Numbered from the stretch's first letter, positions 52,201-61,828 are shown. The stretch is 64,000 nt of DNA from Planctomycetota bacterium (GCA_965228735.1 OZ245838.1:2272001-2336000); one strand, 5' to 3'. The notes: a model not told the origin generated them from the letters alone. Numbers and translations: made by a program.

Positions 52201-52352
52201 AACGCGCTGATCCCGCTGCCGGGGTTCGCCGAGCTGCTGCTGACCAGGTTGTCGACGAGGTTCTGGGCGGTGGCCGCACCGGCCAAATTGATGGCGGCCA
52301 GACCGGTGGCGGCCACGACCGCGAGAGATGGACGGACGGGGAGGCGAAGCAT
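49269..52352 (-). CDS. ELWxxDGT repeat protein with shared C-terminal domain
   Basis: More than ten (E)LW/PW.[ST]DGT.AGT repeats; tail YGEPC...PQLG...PGC...IPSDP...LFYQ...STTG. Confidence 0.93.
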   Translation of the reverse strand: MLRLPVRPSLAVVAATGLAAINLAGAATAQNLVDNLVSSSSANPGSGISAFHVLGGVAVFSPNGPFGREPWVTDGTVAGTHILSDLNPAGSSNPTDFVELNAELLFAANVPGLGVELWKTDGTTAGTVLVKNVRPGASAAISGLVRLGNYVYFSANDGSNGIELWRTDGTTAGTTLFVDVNPGLASGNVDQLVVTPGHIWFAANDGTHGTELWRSDGTVAGTTMVADLDPTGGTIINTIAPFGNGVLFVADDGSGIGREPYFSDGTASGTVLLGDLKPGTLGSTASDFLDAGAFAVFAADDGTNGRELWLTDGTAAGTQLVDINPVGNSFVGHFVAWQGEVLFSVDDSVHGRELWHTDGTVAGTQLLIDINPGSAHSSPQGFGQIGNELWFQANAGSLGTEFHRTDGTAAGTVLVADLAPGVFGTHPDAITELAGNVLFAGLVGNAGDEPAITDGTLPGTALLADCSPPFDGSFPDEFVTVNGLTLFAAGSNSSGREPWITDGTPAGTGIVADVYAGSFGSNPDYFASTGATAFFSGNTSGGRQLFATDGTTAGTLQLTTLANNYDPRGMTAFGDLVVFSGNAGGSGGSGREPWVSDGTVAGTFELLDIKPGLGNSIGLLAEDFTPVSDLVFFSADDGTHGREPWVTDGTAAGTMLLVDIRPGAASSNVSQFTAVGDRVFFRAFDGSTGNELWVSDGTAAGTVLVADLVPGVGGGTPLEVTAAANGVYFTATVGGSREIWFSDGTAAGTHQITTWGAGLFHAYTELTWTNLGLFFVSDDGTGSGAELWFSDGTTAGTQMVLDIGPGEADGVVSGTLTAVLGGSQLLFGAGSPQDGLELWISNGTAAGTTKVTNFGPPGRGAAELSDFYDAGAVVYFACNDGVVGSEPWIYDPTTAGVAFVLPYGEPCDGTNGAPIIGTVGLPQLGNAGFQITVDDAAPLSFALQVISFAPASIYWAPGCRQYVANPTLPGLSLVTDASGYGGAGMAIPSDPSYLGLNLFYQWAIVDAGGGILGAFSTTGALQVVLGN

Positions 52353-52470
52353 GGTCAATCGAGAAGGGCGCGCCGACGGGCAACGCACGCGGAAACGCGC
52401 GACCATCCTACCCGCCACGACGATTTCGGCGAAGCCGACCGGCGGGGCCGACCGCACCCGATGCCGCCCA

Positions 52471-53856
52471 TTACTGCACGACGTCTCGGATCGCGTTGCC
52501 GAGCACCGGCGGCCGCAGCGGGTCCAGCGTCAACGCCTGGTAGTGCAGTTCGAGCCCGACGAGGCCGGCCTGGTTCGGGATCGGGAACGTGACGTTCACG
52601 CCACCGTTCGTCGCCATCAGCAGCGGCAGGGGCACCGCGGCGGCAGGCAGCAGACGCAGCGTGCCGAGGCCCGGGATCGGCTGGCTCGCGCCCGCGGTGC
52701 TCACCGCCGCGAGCACCGGCGTCGACGCCGAATCGCGCGGCACGACGAACTCGACGGTGTAGGGCTGGCCGAGCTGCGGTGCTGCCGGCGAATCGACCTG
52801 ACGTTGCGCGTTCGTCGCGATCATCCACGGCCCGACGAGGTCGAGATCGCGATCGCCGTCCACGTCGATCAGGACCATGTCGGAGCCCAGCCCATTCAGC
52901 CCGGGGGTCGGGCGCGTCGTGAAGTTGCCGAGGCCGTCGTGCTCGTGCACCCGACCCGCGCTGATGAGGTCGAGGTCGCCGTCCTCGTCGTAGTCGAGCG
53001 CGAATCCGACGCTCTGGACCTGGAGGTTCGACGGGTTGGCGAACGCCATGCCGCCGAGGTTGCGGCGGAACCGGCCGTCCGCCCAGATCAAATCGATCCG
53101 GCCGTCGCCGTCGAGGTCGCCCGGGACGAACCGCCCCGCCAGGTTGAGGCCCAGCAAGGTGAACACGGCGTTGCCCTGGTTGACGAAGATCGCCCCGGGC
53201 CCCCACCGGCTCGGCAGCACGATGTCGAGGTCGCCGTCCTGATCGAGGTCCGCGGCGAAACAGCCCGACTGTTGACCCGACGCACCGGCCGTCGTTCCCG
53301 GCAGGTTCGTCGCGGACACATCCGTGAACACCCCGGTGCCGTCGTTGAGGTAGAGCCGCGTCGACGACGCCGCCTGCACGAGCCAGTCGACGTCGCCGTC
53401 GCCGTCGAAGTCGCCGACGACCTGGTCGACGCTCCAGTCCGCGTTCGCCGGCAGCGCGGTCGCCGAGACGTCGACGAACGTGCCGTTGCCGGTGTTGAGG
53501 TGGACCCGGTCCGGCACGTTGTGGTCGTTCACCACGAGCAGATCGAGGTCGCCGTCGCCGTCGAGGTCAGCGAGGTCGACGGCATAGGACGCGTTCGAGG
53601 CCGGGGTCGTGAGGCGGCCGGCGGTGGCATCGACGAAGGTGCCGCGACCGTCGTTGAGCCACAGCTCGTTCGGGCCGTAGTCGTTGGCGATCACGAGATC
53701 GGGGTCGCCGTCGCCGTCGACGTCACCCGCCGCCACGTTGTAGCCGTAGACGATCGGGGGCAGCGAGTGGTGCCGGGTCGTGCGGAACGGATCCTGCGCC
53801 GCGACGCAGGTCGCGAGCAGCAGGCCCGGGAACAGCAGCTTGTCCGAGGGGATCAT
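52471..53856 (-). CDS. FG-GAP/VCBS repeat secreted protein with shared C-terminal domain
   Basis: GDxDGDGDxD repeats, NDG.G.F.D; tail PQLG...IPNQAGLVGLELHYQA...GNA. Confidence 0.9.
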   Translation of the reverse strand: MIPSDKLLFPGLLLATCVAAQDPFRTTRHHSLPPIVYGYNVAAGDVDGDGDPDLVIANDYGPNELWLNDGRGTFVDATAGRLTTPASNASYAVDLADLDGDGDLDLLVVNDHNVPDRVHLNTGNGTFVDVSATALPANADWSVDQVVGDFDGDGDVDWLVQAASSTRLYLNDGTGVFTDVSATNLPGTTAGASGQQSGCFAADLDQDGDLDIVLPSRWGPGAIFVNQGNAVFTLLGLNLAGRFVPGDLDGDGRIDLIWADGRFRRNLGGMAFANPSNLQVQSVGFALDYDEDGDLDLISAGRVHEHDGLGNFTTRPTPGLNGLGSDMVLIDVDGDRDLDLVGPWMIATNAQRQVDSPAAPQLGQPYTVEFVVPRDSASTPVLAAVSTAGASQPIPGLGTLRLLPAAAVPLPLLMATNGGVNVTFPIPNQAGLVGLELHYQALTLDPLRPPVLGNAIRDVVQ

Positions 53857-53949
53857 GGCAGCCGTGGAGCAAAGGCCGTGCCACCCGCAGCCGACGAGCG
53901 CGCTTGTTCGAGGACTGGCGACCGCATTCGACTATCGTCCGCCGGCACG

Positions 53950-54978
53950 ATGCCGACCCGGATTTCGACCGTCGTGCTGCGGTACGTGTTCGCCACCGCG
54001 CTCGCTGCCACGTTCGCGACGACGAGCGTGGCGCAAACGCCCGACGCCCCGCCGCGCCGCCTCGGCGTGTTCTTCTGGCACGACTCCCCCAACGACCGCG
54101 CGACGTTCGAGGGCATCCAGCTCGGGCTGCGCCAGGCGGGCATCCCCGTCGACTGGCTCGAGCGCGAAGCCGACTCCGACGAAGCGCGCGCCGAGGCGAT
54201 GTTGCGCGAGCTGGCCGACTCGGACCGCGAACTCGTGTTCGTCATGGGCACCACCGCGGCGCTGCTCGCGAAGCAGGTGATCCAGGACAAGCCCGTCGTG
54301 TTCGCCGCCGTGAGCGACCCGGTCGCGTCGGGCGTCGTGCCGTCGTGGCTCGGCTCCGACCAGGACAACCTGTGCGGCGCGACCAACTGGATCTCGCCGC
54401 AGAACGTGCTCGACGTGTTCGACCTCGCGGTGCCGCGGCTGCGGAAGCTCGGGATGCTGCGCTCGGAGAGCGGCACCGTCGTGAGCCGCGCCGAGCTCGC
54501 GCGGATGCGCACGTGGCTCAGCGCCCACCCGAAGACCGAGATCGAGCTCGTCGAGTCGATGACCCCGGACACCGCCGGCATCGGCGCCGCGGTCCGCCGG
54601 CTCATCGCGGCCGAGGTCGACGCGATCTGGATCCCGATCGACCTCACGATCTACAGCAACCTGCGGGCGGTGCAGCGCGCGCTCGGCGAACGCAAGATCC
54701 CGCTGCTCACGACGGCCGCGGCCGGGGTGCGGAGCGGCGCCGTCGTCGGCACGATCGCGGACTACCCGCTGCACGGTCGGCGCGCGGCGAACGTCGCCGC
54801 GCAGGTGCTGCTGCACGGCAAGCGCCCGCGCGACCTGCCGATCGACCGCATGGCCGGCAACCTCGTCGTCGTCAACCTCGGCGTCGCGCGCGAGCTCGGC
54901 CTCGAGCTGCCGCTCTCGCTCCTCGTGCTCGCCGACCGGCTCGTCGACGATCGCCCCGCTGCCGGAGCCCCCAAGTGA
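53950..54978 (+). CDS. ABC_sub_bind-family periplasmic binding protein, coupled to a two-component system
   Basis: Signal peptide; VMGTTAA, PVVFAAVSDPVASG, DY..HGRRAA, NLGVARELGLELP. Confidence 0.85.
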   Translation: MPTRISTVVLRYVFATALAATFATTSVAQTPDAPPRRLGVFFWHDSPNDRATFEGIQLGLRQAGIPVDWLEREADSDEARAEAMLRELADSDRELVFVMGTTAALLAKQVIQDKPVVFAAVSDPVASGVVPSWLGSDQDNLCGATNWISPQNVLDVFDLAVPRLRKLGMLRSESGTVVSRAELARMRTWLSAHPKTEIELVESMTPDTAGIGAAVRRLIAAEVDAIWIPIDLTIYSNLRAVQRALGERKIPLLTTAAAGVRSGAVVGTIADYPLHGRRAANVAAQVLLHGKRPRDLPIDRMAGNLVVVNLGVARELGLELPLSLLVLADRLVDDRPAAGAPK

Positions 54979-56456
54979 CGAGCGACTCGCCCCGCACCGA
55001 CGCCCGGCTGCGCCTGTCGCACTGGCTGGCCGCAGCGCTCCTGCTGTTCGCCGCCGCGTTCGCGGCCGTGCTCATCGTCTGGATCGGCCCGCGCACCGAG
55101 GCCGCGATGCGCGAGCACGGCACGCAGCTCATGGAGCAGAGCTCGGCCGCAGCACGGTCGATCGCGGCCGCGCAGACCCAGACGACGGGTGCCTTGCTCG
55201 ATGACCTCATCGAGCACGGTGCGCGCGTTCGCCAGCGCACGCTCAGCGATCTGCCGCTCGAGCTGTTCGGCGGCGACGTCGAAGCGATCCGCCGAGCGAT
55301 CGGCGCCGAGGACGCGCGCCGCAGCGCGCAGCAGCAGCAGAACGTCGCGGTCCTCGCCCGCGAGATGCAGGACCGCGCCGAACGCCGTATCCAGCAGAAG
55401 TTCGACGAGCTCGTCGCGGTGCAGAACGTGCTGCTCCGCAACGTCGCGAGCGACCTGCGCATCACCCACCTGGCGCTCACGGGCAGCGCGCTCGCGCTGT
55501 TGCTCGTCGTGCTCGGCATCGGCCTGTCGCGCCTCGTCGTGCTGCCGACCCGCGCGCTGCGCGCCGCGACCCGCCGCGTCGCGGACGGCCAGCTCGACAC
55601 CGACGTGCCCCGACCGGCCGGCACCGAGCTCGGCGATCTCACCCGCGACTTCGGACGCATGGTCGACGAGCTGCGCCAATCGCGCCAGCAGCTGCAGCAT
55701 CAGAGCGAGAACCTCGAGCACGAGGTCGCGCGCAAGACGGCCGAGCTGCGGCAGTCGCACAAGAAGCTCGCGGAGACCGAACGGCTCGCGGCGCTCGGCA
55801 CGCTCGCGGGCGGCATCGCGCACGAGTTCCACAACGTGATCGGCGGCATCCGCGGCTGCACGCAGGAACTCAGCAAGGACGAACGTGACGCCGATCGCCA
55901 GGAGACGATGCAGGTCATCCTGCGCGCCGCGGATCGCGCGAGCGGCATCGTGCAGCAGCTCACGCGGTTCGCGCGCCGGACGGTCGAGCAACGCGCCGAG
56001 GTCGAGCCGCTGCAGGTGGTCGAGGACGCGCTGCGACTGTGCGAGCCGGCGGCGCGCCGGCAGAACGTGACCGTCGAGCGCGAACTCGCGGCGATCGAAC
56101 CGTTCGTCGGCGACGCGGACGGCCTGCACCAGATCGTCGTCAACCTGCTGCTCAACGCGGTCCAGGCGATGCCCGACGGCGGCACGCTGCACGTCACGCT
56201 CCGAGACACCGGCGACATGGTCACGATCCGCGTCGCCGACACCGGCGTCGGCATCGCGGAGGCCGACCTCGCGCACGTTTTCGAACCGTTCTTCACGACG
56301 CGCAAGGACCCCGACCAGGCCGGCACGGGTCTCGGCCTGTCGGTGTCGTACGGCCTCGCCACGGCGCACGGCGGCCGCATCACCGTCGAGTCCACGCTCG
56401 GCGAAGGCGCGATTTTCACGGTCGAATTGCCGCGGGTCGCGCCCACCGGCGACTGA
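54975..56456 (+). CDS. Sensor histidine kinase (HAMP-HisKA-HATPase, NtrB-like)
   Basis: GTGA overlap; LAGGIAHEFHN, NLLLNAVQAM, DTGVG, FEPFFTT, GTGLGL. Confidence 0.93.
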   Translation: MTSDSPRTDARLRLSHWLAAALLLFAAAFAAVLIVWIGPRTEAAMREHGTQLMEQSSAAARSIAAAQTQTTGALLDDLIEHGARVRQRTLSDLPLELFGGDVEAIRRAIGAEDARRSAQQQQNVAVLAREMQDRAERRIQQKFDELVAVQNVLLRNVASDLRITHLALTGSALALLLVVLGIGLSRLVVLPTRALRAATRRVADGQLDTDVPRPAGTELGDLTRDFGRMVDELRQSRQQLQHQSENLEHEVARKTAELRQSHKKLAETERLAALGTLAGGIAHEFHNVIGGIRGCTQELSKDERDADRQETMQVILRAADRASGIVQQLTRFARRTVEQRAEVEPLQVVEDALRLCEPAARRQNVTVERELAAIEPFVGDADGLHQIVVNLLLNAVQAMPDGGTLHVTLRDTGDMVTIRVADTGVGIAEADLAHVFEPFFTTRKDPDQAGTGLGLSVSYGLATAHGGRITVESTLGEGAIFTVELPRVAPTGD

Positions 56457-56581
56457 TCGACCCGCCCAGTGTTACGCCCGCGGACACCGGTGTCACAGAT
56501 CGATGACACTCGGGCGAACCGCGCCAAAGCGCCGCGAACACACCGCTTGCCAAAGCCGCTCGGGCCGGTCAGCATCGCTGC

Positions 56582-58051
56582 GTGCCAGCTGACGACCCAG
56601 CCGACGACCCAGCCGCCGCGAGCCCGCCCAGGGGCAGCGGAGCCGAGCGGCCGCCGGTGCGCCTGCTGCTCGCCGACGACGAGGAGAGCATGCGGCACTT
56701 CCTCAAGGCCGGGCTCGAGCGGCTCGGCTACGCGGTCGACGTCGTCGGTGACGGCGAGGAGGCGGCCTCGCGCTGGCTGCAGCAGCCCTACGACGTCGGC
56801 GTGTTCGACCTCAAGATGCCGAAGGTCGACGGCGTCGCGGCGCTTTCCAGGATCAAGAGCAGCGATGTGGACGCGGTGATCGTGCTCATGACGGCGCACG
56901 GCACGATCGCGACGGCCGTCGAGGCGATGCAGCTCGGCGCGGCGGACTACGTGACCAAGCCGTTCGAGCTCGACGAGCTGCAGATGCGGCTCGAGCGCGC
57001 GCTCTCCCAGCGCGCGACGGTGCGCGAGAACCAGACGCTGCGGCAGATGCTCGGCGACGTCGAGGGCGGCCTCGGGCTCGTGGCGCAGAGCCCCGCGATG
57101 GCCCACATCGCACAGCAGGTCGAGCTCATGGCGGAATCGACCGCCACGGTGCTCATCGGCGGCGAATCGGGCACGGGCAAGGGCCTCGTGGCCAAGGCCA
57201 TCCACCGCGCGTCGGCCCGCCGGGACGGGCCGTTCATCGCGCTCAACTGCGCCGCGGTGCCCGACAACCTCGTCGAGAGCGAGCTGTTCGGGCACGAACC
57301 CGGCGCGTTCACGGGCGCGGTGAAGAGCAAGGCCGGCCTGCTGCAGCGGGCCGACGGCGGCACGGTCTTCCTCGACGAGATCGGCGACATGAGCCTCGCG
57401 GCGCAGGCCAAGATCGAGGGCTTCCTGCAGGACCGGCGCGTGCTGCGGCTCGGCGGCGAGGCCGCGGTCGAGGTCGACGTCCGCGTGCTCGCGGCCAGCA
57501 ACCGCGACCTGCACGCGCTGGCCGAGGACGGCGCGTTCCGGCCCGAGCTGCTGTGGCGGCTCGACGTGCTCAACCTCACGGTGCCGCCGTTGCGCGACCG
57601 GCGCGAGGACATCGCGGTGCTGATCGCGCGCACGCTCGAACGGCTCGCGAGCGCCGATCGGGCCCGCCGCACGATCACGCCGGAGGCGATCGGCGCGCTC
57701 ACGGCCCACGACTGGCCCGGCAACGTGCGCGAGCTCGAGAACACGATCGAACGCATGGTCGCGCTTTCGGGCGAGCGTACGAGCCTCGGTCTGGCCGACC
57801 TGCCGGCCGAACTGGGACAGGAGGGCGACGAGGCGTCACGCCAGGGTAACGACAACTACGAGGCCGCGCGGCGCCGCTTCGACCGGATCTACTTCAAGAA
57901 CCTGCTCGTCGAGTGCGGCGGCAGCATCACGGCGGCCGCGCAGCGCGCCGGGATCTCGCGCGGACACCTGCACCGGCGCCTGAAAGAGCTCGGCACCGAC
58001 ATCGACGCGGCCCGCGCGGCGGCCAAGAGCGACGAGAAGCGACCCGGCTGA
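56582..58051 (+). CDS. Sigma54-dependent response regulator (NtrC family)
   Basis: REC; GESGTGKG, intact GAFTGA, FLDEIG, WPGNVRELEN; Fis HTH. Start may be GTG 56657. Confidence 0.95.
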   Translation: MPADDPADDPAAASPPRGSGAERPPVRLLLADDEESMRHFLKAGLERLGYAVDVVGDGEEAASRWLQQPYDVGVFDLKMPKVDGVAALSRIKSSDVDAVIVLMTAHGTIATAVEAMQLGAADYVTKPFELDELQMRLERALSQRATVRENQTLRQMLGDVEGGLGLVAQSPAMAHIAQQVELMAESTATVLIGGESGTGKGLVAKAIHRASARRDGPFIALNCAAVPDNLVESELFGHEPGAFTGAVKSKAGLLQRADGGTVFLDEIGDMSLAAQAKIEGFLQDRRVLRLGGEAAVEVDVRVLAASNRDLHALAEDGAFRPELLWRLDVLNLTVPPLRDRREDIAVLIARTLERLASADRARRTITPEAIGALTAHDWPGNVRELENTIERMVALSGERTSLGLADLPAELGQEGDEASRQGNDNYEAARRRFDRIYFKNLLVECGGSITAAAQRAGISRGHLHRRLKELGTDIDAARAAAKSDEKRPG

Positions 58052-58060
58052 GCCCGCCGT

Positions 58061-58076
58061 TGGCACACCTGTTGCA
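58061..58076 (+). promoter_or_regulatory. Sigma54 (-24/-12) promoter
   Basis: TGGCAC-ACCTG-TTGCA, exact match to the TGGCAC-N5-TTGCW consensus. Confidence 0.85.
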
Positions 58077-58088
58077 CTACGGCGAGCG

Positions 58089-59105
58089 ATGACCCCCTCC
58101 TCGCACTGCACCGCAAAGCTTCGCGCTCGCTCGCTGCCGGCCGGCCTCGCCACCATCGCGACCTTGATCGTCGCGGTCCCCGGCTGCGTCGAGCTGTCTA
58201 CGCGCACGTCGTCGGACACGCCAGTCACCATCGCCGAGCCGCGGGTCGAGCAGCCGGCCGTGACCGCGGATCGGCCGGCCGAACTGCCGGGCCTGCACAA
58301 CGTCGTGACCTACAGCCCGGGCATGTTCAGCGGCGGCGCGCCGGTCGGCCGCGCCGGCCTCGAAACGCTCCGGACCCTCGGCGTGAAGACGGTCGTGTCC
58401 GTCGACGGCGCGACGCCCGACGTCGCGACGGCGGAGGAGCTCGGGCTGCGCTACATCCACCTGCCGATCTCGTACGACCGCGTGCCGGCCGAGCGCCGCC
58501 TCGAGCTCGCGCAGGTCGTCGCAAACGCCGAAGCGCCGATCTACATGCACTGCCACCACGGCAAGCACCGCAGCGCGTCGGCGCTCGCGACCGCGCTCGT
58601 GACGGCGGGCGTGCTGTCACAGCAGGAGGCCGGCGAACGGATGCAGACGTCGGGCACGTCGGCCGGCTACCGCGGACTCTGGGGATCGCTCTCGGAGTGC
58701 ACCGCGGTGAGCCGGAGCGAGCTCGCGGCCGACATCACGGACACGAGCCGTTTCCCCGCCGTCGCGAACGTGACGGGTCTCGTCGCGACGATGGCCGAGC
58801 TCGACGTGCTGTTCGACGACATCGAGTACAGCAAGGACGAGAACTGGAACACGCCGGCGGACCACCCGGACTTCGTGCCGGCCAACGCGACGCAGCGCGT
58901 GCACGAGCTGTTCGCGGCGCTGCTCGAGGACCCCGAGAGTCAGGCGCTGCCGGCGAGCTACCAGACGCAGCTGCGCGCCGCGATCGATCAGAGCAAGCAG
59001 CTCGACGCCGCGGTGCGGAGAAAGGACCTGCCGCGCGCGAACGAGCTGTACGAGCAGATGGCGCAGGGTTGCAAGGCCTGTCACAAGACCTACCGCAACC
59101 AGTAG
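58089..59105 (+). CDS. Lipoprotein: PTP/DUF442-like CX5R domain fused to a class II cytochrome c (c'-like) domain
   Basis: Lipobox VPGC; LGVKTVVSVDG, HCHHGKHRS P-loop; helical C-domain ending CKACHKTYR. Confidence 0.8.
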   Translation: MTPSSHCTAKLRARSLPAGLATIATLIVAVPGCVELSTRTSSDTPVTIAEPRVEQPAVTADRPAELPGLHNVVTYSPGMFSGGAPVGRAGLETLRTLGVKTVVSVDGATPDVATAEELGLRYIHLPISYDRVPAERRLELAQVVANAEAPIYMHCHHGKHRSASALATALVTAGVLSQQEAGERMQTSGTSAGYRGLWGSLSECTAVSRSELAADITDTSRFPAVANVTGLVATMAELDVLFDDIEYSKDENWNTPADHPDFVPANATQRVHELFAALLEDPESQALPASYQTQLRAAIDQSKQLDAAVRRKDLPRANELYEQMAQGCKACHKTYRNQ

Positions 59106-59157
59106 CCTCGGCGCTTCGGCCCTGACGTCCAACCCATCCCGAAGTCGCCCGATCCCC

Positions 59158-60189
59158 ATGAAGCACCTGCCTCTCACCATCACCATCACGGCGGCGTTCC
59201 TGCTGCCCTCGTGCAGCACTGAAGCCACGACGGGCGCCGGCCCGACGATCCGCGTCGCGCTCGACCAGCAGTTCTCGCAGCCGCTGCTCAACGGTTTCGC
59301 CGACGAGCTCGGCATCGCGATCCACCAGATGCACGACACCGAGGGCGCCAAGACCGTCGGTCACACGAGCGCGATCAAGACCGAGGCGTCGGCGCCGCGC
59401 TGCTCGATCTTCTGGAACAACGAGCTCGCGAACACGATCCACCTCGCCCACCTCGGCCTCGTCGAGCCCTACGTCTCGCCCGCGGCGAAGGACATCCCCG
59501 CGCGCTGGAAGGACGCGGGCGGCATGTGGACGGGTTTTGGCGCCCGCGCCCGCATCCTGATCGTCAACACCGACCTCGTGCCCGACAAGTCCGAGTGGCC
59601 GTCGAGCTACCAGGACCTCGTCGATCCGAAGTGGAAGGGCCGTTGCGCGATCGCCAAGCCGCTCACGGGCACGACGCTGACGCACTTCGCCGCCCTGCGC
59701 AAGGAGCTCGGCACTGAGCAGCTCGACGAGCTGTTCGATCAGATGGAACAGAACGACGTCAAGTTCCTCGCGAGCAACGGCGCGACGATGAACCAGGTGC
59801 GCGAAGGCAAGCTCGCGTGGGCGTTCACCGACACGGACGACTACAACGTCTGCAAGTCCAAGGGCTTCCCCGTCGCGTGCGTCTACCCCGACCAGGGCGA
59901 AGGGCAGATCGGCACGATGCTGATCCCCAACTCGGTGTGCCTCGTCAAGGGCGGCCCGGATCTCGAAGCGGCGAAGAAGCTCGTCGACAAGATCCTCGCG
60001 CGCTCGACGGAAGAGGCGCTCGCCGCGTCGCGCAGCGCGCAGATCCCGGTGCGCGAGGGCATCCAGGGCCCGAGCAACGCCGAGGTGCTGACGATCGGCA
60101 AGTTCCGCGAGATGGACTGGGACCCGCAGTGGGTCGGCGAGAACCTCGCGGAGTGCACGGCGGCGTTCGCCAAGCGGTTCCAGCTGTAG
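59158..60189 (+). CDS. ABC transporter substrate-binding lipoprotein (Fe3+/thiamine/AfuA superfamily)
   Basis: Lipobox LPSC; WTGFGARARILIVNT, DLVDPKWKG, IPNSV. Confidence 0.88.
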   Translation: MKHLPLTITITAAFLLPSCSTEATTGAGPTIRVALDQQFSQPLLNGFADELGIAIHQMHDTEGAKTVGHTSAIKTEASAPRCSIFWNNELANTIHLAHLGLVEPYVSPAAKDIPARWKDAGGMWTGFGARARILIVNTDLVPDKSEWPSSYQDLVDPKWKGRCAIAKPLTGTTLTHFAALRKELGTEQLDELFDQMEQNDVKFLASNGATMNQVREGKLAWAFTDTDDYNVCKSKGFPVACVYPDQGEGQIGTMLIPNSVCLVKGGPDLEAAKKLVDKILARSTEEALAASRSAQIPVREGIQGPSNAEVLTIGKFREMDWDPQWVGENLAECTAAFAKRFQL

Positions 60190-60220
60190 GTCCGCCACAG
60201 GACCCAGCCGAAGGCCCGCC

Positions 60221-61828
60221 GTGAACCGCACCGCGACGAACATCCTGGCCCGCGCGCCGCTCTGGCTCGCGCTGCTGTTCGTCGCGCTCTTCGTGCTGCT
60301 GCCGCTCGCCGAACTGTTCGTCGGCACGTTCTGGTCGACGGACGGCCTCACGCTGTCGGCGTGGGCGGCGCTCGGCGACGACGAGAACCTGTGGAAGCAG
60401 CTCGTCGCGTCGCTCCGGCTCGGCGTCGCCGCGACCGCGATCTCGCTGCTCCTAGGCGGCGGGCACGCGCTCCTGACGATCGGCCGTGACCTGCCCGGCG
60501 CCCGGGTGCTCGGGCCGCTCGGCATCGCGCCCCTCGTGGTGCCGCCGATCTTCGTCGCGATGGGCTTCGCCGACCTCGGCGCGACCGACGGCTTCTGGCC
60601 GTGCGCTTGGCTGCTCGGCGTCTGCCACGCGCCGTTCGTCGCGGTGCTCGCGGCGCGCGGGCTGCGCGCGGCCGACGGTCGCGCCTATGAGTCGGCGCTG
60701 CTGCTGCGCGGTCGCGCGCGCGCCGAACTGCAGCTGCTGCGCACGATCGCGCCCGAGCTCGTCGCCGGCTGCCTGCTCGCGTTCCTGTTCACGCTCGCCG
60801 ATCACGGCGTGCCGGAGTTCCTGACCGTCAAGGGCAAGACCTGGCACACGTATGCCGAGGGGCTGTTCAGCCGCTGGACGCGGCGCGCGGTCGGCACGAG
60901 CTTCGCGGACCTGCAGAGCCCGATCGTCGCGGCGATCCCGTTCGTGATCGGTCTCGCTGGCTGCCTGTGGCTCGCGCTGCGGCTGCGCGCGCACGCGCCA
61001 GACCGCGGGACGGTGACGCCGCTGCCCCTGCGCCCGCTCGGCCGCTGGCGCTGGCCCGCGCTGCTCGTGCCGGTGACGTATCTCGCGGCCGGCATCGGGG
61101 TGCCCGTGCTCGTGCTCACGCGCTGGGCCATGGGCTCCGCGCAGCGCAACGAGCCGATGTCGCTCGCGTTCATGCAGCAGAGCTTCGGCAAGGCGATGGA
61201 CCAGGGTCTGCCGGAGCTGCTGAACTCGCTGTGGCTCGCCGGCATGGTCACGCTCGTCGTCGTGCTCTGCGCGATCCCGCTGGCGCGCACCGTCGCGCGC
61301 AAGCGCCCCGGCCTCGAGCTCGTCATCGCGATCCCGGTCGCGCTGCCGGCCGTGCTGCTCGGCATCGCGCTCGTCGATTCGTGGCACGACAGCGGCGTGA
61401 TGCGCCGGATGGGCGACTTCTACTCCGGCTGGGGCTTCGCCGTCTGCGGCTACGCGGCGCGCTTCCTGCCGTTCGCGGCGCTGCCGCTCGCCGGTCTCGT
61501 GCGACGCCAGGCCCTCGCGACCGAGGAGGCCGCGGCGCTCGCCCCGCGCTCTCTGATCGCGCGGGCGTTCTACATCCACCTGCCGCCGCTGCTGCCGGGC
61601 ATCTGGACGGCCGCGGTGCTCACGTTCGTGCTCGCGCTGCGGGAGCTCGACCTCGCCGTCGTTCTGCCGGCCGCGAACGCAACCGCGGTGCGCCGGCTCG
61701 CCAACGCGGTGCACTTCCAGCACGAGGATTGGAGCGGTGTCATCGCGCTGCTGCTGCTGTCGCTGGCCGTGCTCCTCCCCCTCCTTCCCTCCCTCCTCGC
61801 CGGCCGTAGGCTGTCTTCCCTGTCGTGA
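60221..61828 (+). CDS. ABC transporter permease (duplicated, FbpB/AfuB-like)
   Basis: About 12 TMs; two EAA-like loops (YESALL, EEAAAL). Confidence 0.88.
   Translation: MNRTATNILARAPLWLALLFVALFVLLPLAELFVGTFWSTDGLTLSAWAALGDDENLWKQLVASLRLGVAATAISLLLGGGHALLTIGRDLPGARVLGPLGIAPLVVPPIFVAMGFADLGATDGFWPCAWLLGVCHAPFVAVLAARGLRAADGRAYESALLLRGRARAELQLLRTIAPELVAGCLLAFLFTLADHGVPEFLTVKGKTWHTYAEGLFSRWTRRAVGTSFADLQSPIVAAIPFVIGLAGCLWLALRLRAHAPDRGTVTPLPLRPLGRWRWPALLVPVTYLAAGIGVPVLVLTRWAMGSAQRNEPMSLAFMQQSFGKAMDQGLPELLNSLWLAGMVTLVVVLCAIPLARTVARKRPGLELVIAIPVALPAVLLGIALVDSWHDSGVMRRMGDFYSGWGFAVCGYAARFLPFAALPLAGLVRRQALATEEAAALAPRSLIARAFYIHLPPLLPGIWTAAVLTFVLALRELDLAVVLPAANATAVRRLANAVHFQHEDWSGVIALLLLSLAVLLPLLPSLLAGRRLSSLS

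Noticed and set aside
49260..53949. Long plus-strand ORFs (49260-51719 and the N-terminal part of 51907-54978)
   Set aside because: Antisense to the ELWxxDGT and FG-GAP genes; the real plus-strand gene starts at 53950.
56591..56615. 12-bp duplication GACGACCCAGCC at the NtrC gene start
   Set aside because: Short in-frame low-complexity duplication with no evidence of function.
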